Assembly (NCBI GenBank): GCA_963828525.1
Contig: CAWHEP010000008.1
Span: forward strand, 416,001-480,000
Reading direction: 5' to 3'
Origin: an uncultured Verrucomicrobiae bacterium
GTDB lineage: Bacteria; Verrucomicrobiota; Verrucomicrobiia; Chthoniobacterales; Chthoniobacteraceae
DNA length: 64,000 nt
Shown: positions 52,466-64,000 of the stretch, in pieces
How positions within the stretch are numbered: position 1 is the stretch's first letter
How the letters are laid out: every line of letters begins with the position of its first letter
The notes under the pieces: model-generated
Databases searched by the model: none
What the model saw: only the letters and a program-made list of their open reading frames with translations
What the model was told of the DNA's origin: nothing
Translations under genes and position numbers: made by a program

Positions 52466-55053
52466 CTACTCGCTAGTTTCTTCCACCACTTCCTCCTCAG
52501 CCTGGCTGACCACCGGCGCGATCGCCTGCAAGGTTTCACCCTCTTTGAGGTTGATCAGTTTCACTCCCATCGCATTGCGCATTGTCTCCCGGATACCGTC
52601 CACGCGCGTTCGCACCATTTGCCCCTTTGTCGTAATCAACATCAGTTCGTCACTGGCTTTCACCGCGAGCGCGCCAACCACGCCCCCCGTTCTCTCGCCA
52701 GTCTTCATCGTGATAATCCCCTTGCCCCCGCGAGACTGCAGGCGGTAGTCGTCAAAGGGAGTCCTTTTCCCGATTCCGTTTTCCCCGGCGACCAGGAGCA
52801 TCGCATCCAAATCCAAAATCGCGATAGCCATGACCTTGTCACCCTTCTCAGGGCGTATCCCCCACACCCCAACAGTATCACGTCCCTGATCCTTAACCTG
52901 CTCCTCGTGAAAGCGCAGGCTCATACCCTGGTGCGTGATCAAGACAATTTCGTTCTCCCCATTGGTGAGCTTCGCGTCGATGAGTTCGTCTCCATCCTCG
53001 ATCTTGATCGCGATGATACCTCCTTTTCGCAGATTGCTATATTCGGAAAGGTTCGTCTTTTTAACGATGCCGGACTGAGTGGCAAATAGAATATGAAGCT
53101 CCGGATCCCATGTCCCATCGACGGCGGTAGGACCTGAACCAATCAACTTGCTCTGCACGCGGATGGTGGCCGCGATCTTCTCCTCGGAACGAAGCTCAAG
53201 CAGATTCGCTATCGACCTTCCCTTTGCGGCCCGGCCCATCTCAGGGATCTCATAAACCTTCTCGACATAGCACCGCCCCGATTTCGTGAAGAACATCAGG
53301 AAATCGTGCGTGGTCGCCGTGAAGAGGTGTTCGACGAAGTCTCCTTCCTCCTGCTCCGTGGCGCCCTCGCGCGTAGCCATGCCAATGACACCCTTACCAC
53401 CTCGCCGTTGCGCCCGGAACGCGCTCACCGCTGTCCGCTTGATCGATCCGCCGTGGGTGATGCTGATGATGCACCCTTCATTGGCGATGAGATCCTCCAT
53501 GTTGATCTCACCCTCATCGGGAACGATCTGCGTCAGCCTCGGCCCCGCGTATTTCTGCTGAATCTCGCGCAGCTCACTCTTGATGATCTCAAACACCCGC
53601 GACTCCTTTGCAAGGATGTCCATGAGATCCTTGATCTTCTCCAGGAGCTCCTTGTATTCCGCGACGATCTTCTCGCGCTCGAGGCCGGTAAGTTGGTAGA
53701 GGCGAAGCTCCAAAATCTGATTCGCCTGCTGCTCGCTGAACGCGTAGATGCCGTCAACCAGACGGGCCTCGTTACGGATGAGGACGCCGATCTGCTCCAC
53801 CTGCCGCCGCGTAAACTCGAAGGCGAGCAGCTTTACCCGCGCCTCCTCGCGATTCGCCGACTCGCGGATGATGCGGATAAACTCATCCATGTTCGCGAGG
53901 GCAATGAGATAGCCATCCAGCGTCTCAGCGCGTTCCTCGGCCTGGCGAAGCAGAAAACGAGCGCGCCGGATCACCACCTCACGGCGGTGCTCGATGTAGC
54001 ACTGAATCGCTTCCTTGAGCGAAAGCAGCTTTGGCCGACCATGATCGATCGCGAGCATCGACGCCGCGAAAGAAGACTCCAGCGCGGTGAATTTGTACAG
54101 GTTGTTGATTACAACCTTCGGTATGGCGTCGCGCTTCAGTTCGATGACAACACGCGTATTCTCATCCGACTCGTCGCGGATCGCGGTGATGTCGCCGATG
54201 ATCTTCTGGTTCACCAGATCGGCGATCTTCTCGACCAGCGTCGCCCGATTGACGTTATAAGGAATCTCAGTAACGACGATTTGCTCGCGACCTCCCTTCA
54301 GCTCTTCAACTCCAGCTTTGCCGCGCACTTTGATGCTGCCCCGGCCCGTCTCCATATACTGGCGATTGCCAGCGACACCGCAGATCAGGCAGCCGGTCGG
54401 GAAGTCCGGCCCCTTAACGAACTTCATCAACTCATCCAGCGTGATCTCGGGATTATCAATTTGCGCGCAGATGCCGTCGATGATCTCGCCCAGATTATGC
54501 GGTGGCAGGTTGGTTGCCATGCCCACCGCGATGCCGGTTCCGCCATTTACCAGGAGGTTTGGGAAAGCGGCGGGGAAGACCGTCGGCTCCGTGCGAGTCT
54601 CGTCATAGTTCGGGACAAAATCCACCGTGTCCTTCTCCATGTCCTCCATCAGCGCGGCGCCCAGGTGCGTCATCCGCGCCTCGGTGTAACGCATGGCGGC
54701 TGGCGGATCGCCTTCCACCGAACCGAAGTTCCCCTGCCCGTCCACAAGCCGTCTCCCGCATGGCCCAGGATTGCGCCATGTGAACCATCGTGGGATAGAT
54801 CACCGCCTCGCCATGCGGATGGTAGTTGCCGCTCGTGTCGCCGCAGATCTTCGCGCATTTACGGTGCTGCCTGTTGGGAAACAGCGAGAGATCGTGCATC
54901 GCGTAGAGAATTCTCCGTCTGCGAAGGCTTCAGGCCATCACGCGCGTCGGGAAGAGCGCGTGAGATGATGACCGACATCGAGTAGTCGAGGAAGGATCTC
55001 GACATCTCCTCGGCCACGTTGATCGGGGCTACTTTTTCGTTATTTGAATACAC
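52466..55053 (-). CDS. gyrA: DNA gyrase subunit A, frameshifts near 54750 and 54915
   Basis: [38 protein letters not shown], GyrA-box QRRGGKG, C-terminal pinwheel repeats. Start is GTG 55053 or ATG 55116. Confidence 0.96.
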
Positions 55054-55108
55054 AGGGATTTGTTGCGGAAAATGGCGGCGACTCTTGTCGCCAGCCGCAG
55101 GGAGTTTG

Positions 55109-57624
<2,516 letters not shown>

Positions 57625-57757
57625 TTACTTCTGGACTGAGCCTAAATACTTACGAGAGAAGCCGGAGGACACAATACTTTTTCTCCCTGTAAAATGCGGT
57701 CGATCCACTATCGGTTGCGTTTCTCGGCAAAGCCACTACCTCAACCTGTTGGGTTCG

Positions 57758-59306
57758 ATGAAAAAACTGCGCTTTTTTGTTGGCATCTTTGCGCTTGGGT
57801 TGGTGCTCTGCCTCACCGTCGTTACCAGATCTTATACTTTCCCGCGCGTTTTCGCCCATGGCGGAATTTATTTCGCGGATGGGGATTGCTACTCCCGGAT
57901 GACCCGCGTCCGGGCCGTGATGGAACACCCGCTGCATCCTGCTGAGGCACCACGAATTCGAGAACTACCCCCAAGGCACCGATCCCCACACGACTTCCCC
58001 TTTCGATTATTTGATAGCGTGCTGGCCTGGATGCTCAGCCCGTTGACTCCCCGGAACCTGGATGTCGCGGGCGCCATCGTTTCTCCCCTGCTCGGCCTGG
58101 GCATGGCCGTTTTTCTCCTGTGCTGGACGACGGCAATAAAGCTCCCATTCCGAGGAGCAACTCTCTTCTTTCACGCCGTAAGTCCGATCCTTGTCCATGG
58201 CACGGCGCTCGGGCGTCCAGATCACCAGTCATTCCAGATGTTCCTGATGGCAGCCGGTCTCGGCGCGGAATGGATCATGGCGTCCAGCCCAACGCGCGGA
58301 TGGGGAATAGTGAGCGGGCTCGCCTGGAGCGTTGGGCTTTGGACCTCGCTTTATGAACCGGGCGCTTTGTTCGTTGCGGTTGTTTTTCTCTACCTGCTCC
58401 TTGATCGCCGCTCATTGCTGCAGCCTCAACGCTGGGCTGGCTATGCGGTTTTCGTCGCCGTCATCATCCTCGGTCTTACAGTGGATGGCTGGTGGGCGCG
58501 CATGCCGGATGCCGCCGTCGTCCGCTACTTCCCCGCGTGGGAAAAGACGATCGGCGAGCTCGCGACAGTTGCCCCGCTCGATCCCATCCTATTCCGATGG
58601 GTGGGCTTCGGATTGGTGAGCCGCGCCGGTTCTGCTGATTCTCGCGATTCGGCGTGAAAAGAAGGTGTTGGCAATTCTCGTTTTACTGCTCGCGACTTAC
58701 GCGCTCACGCTCACGCAAGTTCGATGGGGATACTTTTTCGCGCTCGTCTTCGCAATGTCGCTTCCATGGCAACTGAGCGTCTTGCCCAGGCCATGGATGG
58801 GCAGCGCCTTGTTTTTTCTATGTCTGTGGCCAGTCGCACGAGAATGGGACGACAACATGCTGCCGAATGACCGGAATCGTGGCCCTGCCGCCGAGCAGGA
58901 AGCCGACGACATCTGCTTGCGCGATATCGCAAACCATTTGAAAGCGCCAGGGAAGATGCCCGTGCTAGCTCCCTGGTGGTTCTGTCCGGCTCTGGCGTAC
59001 TGGTCTGAACAACCCGCAGTCGCCGGAAGCTCACACGAAAGCCTGCCCGGCATCGTGGACACCGCCCGCTTTTATCTCACTCGAGACCCGGAAGGCGCGC
59101 TCGCCCTGGTCCGAAGCCATGGTGTAAAATGGGTGGTCGCGTACGATCCCCAGCGCGTGCTCGATACCTCGACCACTCTCCTTGGCGCAACCGCTTCACC
59201 GGAGTCGCTCGCAAATCGCCTGTATGATCGCCCTTCTTCCGCCGCGCCGTTCCTCGCGTTTGATTACGCGAACCCCTCGTTTAAGCTCTTCCGTGTCAGG
59301 GAATAG
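57758..59306 (+). CDS. STT3/AglB-like GT-C glycosyltransferase (oligosaccharyltransferase-like); indels near 57935, 58017 and 58620
   Basis: FADGDCYSRM, re-framed FENYPQG..PFDYLIA, GRPDHQ, TIGE, many TMs, C-terminal domain VLAPWWFCPALAYWSEQPAVAG...GVKWVVAYD. Confidence 0.75.
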
Positions 59307-59317
59307 AGACTGAGTAT

Positions 59318-60742
59318 ATGTCGCCCAAAGTTGCATACGATTTCATCGTGATCGGAGGAGGGAGCGCCGGATTCGCCGCCGCGCGCGCCGCAGTGGATCT
59401 CGGCCTGGATGTCGCCGTCATTGAAGGCGGAGCGGAGGTTGGGGGACTTTGCATCCTCCATGGCTGCATGCCGAGCAAGACCATGATTGAGTCTGGAAAC
59501 CGCGCTAATACGATCCGTCGCGCGGAAGAGTTCGGCCTGCACGTCGGGAGACTGGTCGTCAGCGGTGAAGAAATTCTCGACGCGAAAGCGGCGGCATGGT
59601 TGCGGAATTCGCTGAATATCGACGCAGCCAGCTCGAAAGCGGAGCCTTCGACTTCATTCGTGGGATGGCTTCGTTTTCCGGCTTCGCGATCTCAGAGTCA
59701 CGCCCACTGGATGGCGGTGCCGACTTTTCCGTCAAGGCGAAGTCGTTCCTGATTGCGACAGGATCGACCACGAAGGTGCTGGATATGCCAGGCCTCTGCG
59801 AGACCGGGTTCCTTGATAGCGACGCCGTGCTGGAGAGCGCTACCAAGCCCGATCGGTGATCATCCTGGGAGGCGGCGCAACTGGGATGGAGTTCGCTCAT
59901 TACTTCACGAGCGTCGGCACAAAGACGACGGTGATCCAACGAGGAGGACAGGTGCTGAAGGAACTTGACTATGGATGCAGCCGCGATTCTAGGTTAATTC
60001 GCTCTGAGAGACCAGCGGCACTTCTGCTCTTCGTGGGAACAAACATCGTGCAGCGTTGAAAATGTCGGGCGGAACGAAGCGCGTTATTTTTCAGCACGAG
60101 GGCGAGGAAATATGGGTGGAGGCGGAAGAGATCGTCTACGCGCTCGGGCGGCTACCCGCATTTGGGCCACCTGCACCTCGACAAAGCGAAGTGCAGCTTG
60201 AGCATTCGAAGCTGACAATGAACTCCCGCCAGCAGACCAATCAGGGCCACATCTTCGCGGCGGGAGACGCGGCGGGGCCTTACGAGATCGTCCACATCGG
60301 CATCCAGCAGGGCGAACTGGCTGCGCGCAATGCGCACAAAATCGTGCACAAATCCCAGGACCCGCTGGAGGAGATGGATTACGGCTCAAGCTGTTCGCCG
60401 TCTTTTCCTCGCCCGAAGCGGCCGGCGTCGGAATGACGGAGAGAGGATTTGGCGAAGGCGGAGATTCCCTACCTCGTTTCCGCATACCATTTTCGAGATC
60501 ACGGAAAGTCAATCGTGATGGGGGAGACCCAAGGATTCGTGAAGTTGATCGTGGAACGGGATTCGCGCGAAATTCTTGGGGCCGCCGCCGTTGGCCCGAA
60601 TGCTTCGGAACTGATCCATGAAATAGCGGTGGCGATGTATTTCCACGCGACCGCGAGCGACCTCGCGAAAGTTCCCCATTATCATCCGACTCTTAGCGAA
60701 ATCTGGACCTACCCGGCGGAGGAATTGGCGGGCCATCGATGA
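59318..60742 (+). CDS. Pyridine nucleotide-disulfide oxidoreductase (dihydrolipoyl dehydrogenase family), multiple frameshifts
   Basis: YDFIVIGGGSAG, GGLCILHGCMPSK, IATGS, ILGGGATGMEFA, IFAAGD, HYHPTLSE. Confidence 0.88.
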
Positions 60743-60760
60743 CAACTTTAAATCCAGCCA

Positions 60761-60789
60761 TTGACAGCAAATAATCGCAGCCTAATGAT
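60761..60789 (+). promoter_or_regulatory. Sigma70-type promoter of the bactofilin operon (leaderless geometry)
   Basis: TTGACA-17 nt-AATGAT, then 6 nt to GTG 60796. Confidence 0.55.
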
Positions 60790-60795
60790 CATTGG

Positions 60796-61298
60796 GTGTT
60801 CAACAAACCCAACCCTCCGAGAGCGGAGCCCGAGGTGCAACCGATTCCAATGCAAAGCAATCCGATCCTGCCGCGCGCAAACCCCACTACCAATATGCCC
60901 GAAGTCAGTTCCAACAAAAATATCCTTTCCAGCGACGTCGAAATCAAAGGATCGATCAAGTTCCTTAATGAGCTCATCATCGACGGAAAGATTGAAGGCG
61001 AGATCAGTTCCTCCGGCGTTTGACGGTCGGAGAAAACGCGGAGATCCGCGGGGAAATCAAGACGAAGTCAGTAACCGTTCTGGGCAAAGTGCATGGAAAC
61101 ATCACCGTGGACGAGCGCTGCGAATTGAAGACACGGGCGCAGCTCATCGGGCGATCTGAAGGCAGCCCGGTCTGATGATCGAGGAAGGTGCGACCTTCGT
61201 TGGAAAATCCGAGGTTACACCAAACAAGGTCGCGATGAAGCCCGAAATCGTACGCGATCCCGAGAGTTCCTCAGAAAGCGGTCGCGGCCGGGCGATAA
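60796..61298 (+). CDS. Bactofilin (polymer-forming cytoskeletal protein), frameshifted
   Basis: Re-framed NILSSDVEIKGSIKF.NELIIDGKIEGEI..GVLTVGENAEIRGEIKTKSVTVLGKVHGNI...IEEGATFVGKS. The stop is 61298 or 61354 depending on indel placement. Confidence 0.85.
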
Positions 61299-61307
61299 CC
61301 GCGCCAA

Positions 61308-62113
61308 GTGCCAAGCCAGCCCCAGAAGTCGTCAACAGCGAAGACCAGCGTTGAGTGTCCTCATTGCGGGAACCAGCAAATGGAGTCCGCCTTTGCAAAG
61401 ACGACATTCTGTCGGAAATGCAGCAAGCATTTCGATCTTGAGCAGCAGCGGGAGGCGGAAGCTCCCGCGACGAAGGATGGCCTCCTAAAAAGATTCGGCA
61501 CGCTCTTTGCCACAGAAACCACGCGCGGAATCCGATGTTTTGACTGCCGGGCGCAGCAAAACGTAAGCAGTTCGGCCAAGTCCAGCATCTGCCCGCAGTG
61601 CGGCGCCTATATCGATCTGCGGGATTTTAAGATTGCGACAAGCTTCGCGCGCGCCATTCAGACGCAGGGAACGGTAATCGTCACTCCCAAAGGGAGAACT
61701 GACGAGCTCAAGGGTCGCCTGTGCCGTCGCTCACGTCTTCGGAAAGATTCGCGGGAACCTCATCTGCTCAGGAACCACGCGCATAAAGTATAAGGGGAAG
61801 CTTCTTGGCAGCATTGATTCGCATCATCTCGTCGTTGAAAAGGGATCGGATGTCGAACTTGTGCGTCCCGCCAAGGTCGGAAGCGCCGAGATACATGGCA
61901 AACTGTCCGCGCGCATCACGGCTGAAGGCGTGGTGACAATCAGCAAAACGGATGCTGGAAGGAACTGTTTACGCCCGCTCCATCACCGTGGACAAGGGCG
62001 GCATTTTCCACGGCGAATTGATTATCGGCAGACACGAGCTGTCGCAGCAGGAGTTGATTCCCGCGAGGGAGCTTCCCGCGCATGCCCGCCTCGCCTTCGG
62101 GCAGGCGGGATAA
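61308..62113 (+). CDS. Double zinc-ribbon + bactofilin-domain protein, frameshifted
   Basis: CPHC/CRKC and CFDC/CPQC, followed by beta-solenoid repeats (VFGKIRGNL, EIHGKLSARI, LEGTVYARSITVDKGGIFHGELII) across frames; TAA at 62111-62113. Confidence 0.75.
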
Positions 62114-62145
62114 GCCATTCGGAAGGCGTGGAAAATCGGGCTGGG

Positions 62146-62760
62146 CTACCGGTTCAGCAGCTTCGCCTCTTCCACGGCTTGCCTCGCAAAGAAGCTTTCG
62201 GGAAATTGCGCCTGTACGTTCTCATAGGCGCGACTGGGCTTCCTCGGTCTTCCCTTGGGTGCGAAGAATATTCGCCCTGCGCCATCTGTGCCACGGGCGC
62301 ACTGTATCGGTCGCTGAACTGGGAGATGATCTGCTGGTAAATATCCAGGGCTTCGGCGGACTTGCCCTGAGCCTCCAGCGTTTCTCCCAGGCTGAGATAT
62401 GCGCCATCCGCCAACGGATGACTCGCATCCATCGCCATAAACTCACGAAGGACTGCCGCCGACTCCTCCAGCTTCTTCGCGCAGCGCAGTTCTTCTCCAA
62501 GCATCAGACACGCGCGTTCCCAGCTTCAACGGAGTTGGGATAAGTCAGGATAACCTCGGAACTGTTGTTCGGTCTTCGCCTGGGAAAACATCTCCTGCGC
62601 CTTGGCGGTTTTTCGCTGTTCTCCCATCTGGTAAAAACCGAAGATCAGAGCGGCAGCAGCAATAATGGCGGCATACAAAACGATCTTCGCTCTTGTGCTG
62701 CTCCCAGAAAACCATCGGGTCGAAACCATGCTCTGGGATAATCTCTAAGGGGGTGGACAT
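62146..62760 (-). CDS. Membrane-anchored TPR protein (YfgM-like), frameshifted
   Basis: FWEQHK..IVLYAAIIAAAALIFGFY TM, followed by TPR-like helices (AYLSLGETLEAQGK, YQQIISQFSD); TAG at 62146-62148. Confidence 0.7.
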
Positions 62761-62769
62761 AGGGCGGGT

Positions 62770-62784
62770 AACGTTTCAAACGTT
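62770..62784. promoter_or_regulatory. Perfect inverted repeat upstream of the YfgM-like gene (putative TF site)
   Basis: AACGTTT-C-AAACGTT, 9 nt upstream of ATG 62760. Confidence 0.4.
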
Positions 62785-62853
62785 GGAGCAAAAAACAAGG
62801 TCTTAATTTCTGATACGCCAGAAATAGCCAGGCGCGATGCCTGCCGATACCCC

Positions 62854-64000
62854 CTAGTATAGCTGCGTCGGCTGTCCCGTGCTCTCAAGCACGGAGTGCC
62901 AGAGCTCGCTCTTCGCGTCCAGCTTGCGCCGTCCCTGGGTAACAAGCGCGATGGGGAGGTGAACGAACGTTCCGTGCCAGCGGCCCACAACCATCCCGGT
63001 CTTGCCCGCCATCGCGGCATGCACCGCGTTCTGAGCAAGCCTGGAGCAGTAAACATTGTCCTGCGGCGAAGCGGGAATGCTGCGGATGGTATAGCTCGGA
63101 TCAATGTATTTCAAGGTAACCGCCGTATTCCTCTCCTTGAAAAATTCTGTGATGCTGTCCTTTAGAAGCAGCCCGATATCGCCCATTTTCTTGTTGCCGG
63201 ACGCGTCCGTGCCCGTCGAATCCATGAGGTGCTGCCCCGCGCCTTCCGCGACGACGATGACAGCATGCTTTCGCTGCGCGACGCGATAGCGGAGAGCCTC
63301 AAGCAAGCCACGCGCGCCGTGCAGTTCGAAGGGAACTTCAGGGACCAGGACGAAGTTTACTTCGTTGCAGGCAAGGCTGGCGAAAGCGGCGATGAAACCT
63401 GAGTCGCGGCCCATCAGCTTCACAAGTCCTATTCCATTCATGACCCCGATCGCCTCAGTGTGCGCGCAATCCAGCGCGTTCACCGCCTCCGCGAACGCCG
63501 ATTCGAACCCAAAGCTCTTGTCCAGGAACATGATGTCATTGTCGATCGTCTTTGGGATGCCCACCACAGCCTTGCGCAAACCTCGATTACGAATCTCAAG
63601 GGTCAAATCTCCTGCTCCTCTCAACGTCCCATCCCCGCCGACCACAAAGAAAAGATCGATCCCCATTTCCTCAAGGGTATCAACCATATCCGAAGCGCTT
63701 TGTGGCCCGCGCGAGGAGCCAAGAATCGTCCCGCCCAACGTGTGGATATTGGAAACCGACTCCGGGCGCAGGTTCATCGGGATATGACCATAGCTGGGAA
63801 TCAGCCCCTCGTAACCATACCGGAACCCGTAGATGGTGCTGACGTGATACCGATGGAATAGCGCCATGACCAAGGCGCGGATAACATCGTTTAATCCCGG
63901 ACAAAGGCCCCCGCAGGTGACGATTGCCGCTGTGGCGCGCGAGCCGTTGAAGAATACTTTCTCGCGGGGTCCCGCCTGCTCGAAGGTGATTGGCTCCCGG
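62854..64000 (-). CDS. pfkA: ATP-dependent 6-phosphofructokinase (group X type), 5' end outside the window
   Basis: FEQAGPREKVFF, IVTCGGLCPGLNDVIR, GGTILGSSRG, GGDGT (Gly indicates ATP use), PKTIDND, LMGRDSG, YIDPSY.IRS. Confidence 0.93.
   Translation of the reverse strand, partial: REPITFEQAGPREKVFFNGSRATAAIVTCGGLCPGLNDVIRALVMALFHRYHVSTIYGFRYGYEGLIPSYGHIPMNLRPESVSNIHTLGGTILGSSRGPQSASDMVDTLEEMGIDLFFVVGGDGTLRGAGDLTLEIRNRGLRKAVVGIPKTIDNDIMFLDKSFGFESAFAEAVNALDCAHTEAIGVMNGIGLVKLMGRDSGFIAAFASLACNEVNFVLVPEVPFELHGARGLLEALRYRVAQRKHAVIVVAEGAGQHLMDSTGTDASGNKKMGDIGLLLKDSITEFFKERNTAVTLKYIDPSYTIRSIPASPQDNVYCSRLAQNAVHAAMAGKTGMVVGRWHGTFVHLPIALVTQGRRKLDAKSELWHSVLESTGQPTQLY

Noticed and set aside
53306..54985. 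Long antisense ORFs (559 aa opposite gyrA; also 40485-41978, 35691-37133, 33028-34035, 21137-22096 and others)
   Set aside because: They mirror well-conserved genes on the other strand and show no recognisable motifs; expected from codon bias in GC-rich DNA.
59318..60742. Mercuric reductase MerA
   Set aside because: No C-terminal Cys-Cys pair, no NmerA domain and no mer operon; ends with the HPTLSE motif of the lipoamide dehydrogenase type.

Overview
GC-rich, gene-dense bacterial chromosome segment, probably PVC superphylum / Verrucomicrobiota. This is inferred from the chlamydia-like GyrA motif [18 protein letters not shown], RNase HIII, eukaryote-type GlyRS and a PVC-type prenyltransferase-repeat protein. 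There are about 49 protein genes. Signalling genes: a hybrid PAS/GAF kinase, an HK/RR pair and an ECF sigma/anti-sigma pair. Other metabolic and housekeeping genes: rlmN, an mntH-usp/mntR manganese module with a clear operator, glyQS, ppk1, acs, lspA-ileS, pyc and a group-X ATP-PFK. DNA metabolism genes: uvrA, lhr, dnaE, rnhC, mutY and gyrBA. I found no rRNA, tRNA, CRISPR array or transposase. From about 22.7 kb onward many genes, including essential ones (ileS, dnaE, gyrA, gyrB), are broken by small indels, most simply explained as long-read consensus errors. The best candidates for new biology are: (1) an STT3/AglB-like oligosaccharyltransferase that keeps its catalytic motifs but has WWFCP in place of the sequon-reading WWDYG; (2) a putative N4-mC restriction-modification pair translationally coupled to a POL-less LigD; (3) a two-gene bactofilin operon in which one partner carries two zinc ribbons; (4) repeated leaderless or near-leaderless promoter architecture; (5) a solo Phd-like antitoxin with its own operator behind dnaE. 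All protein calls come from motif recognition by eye; no database searches were run.
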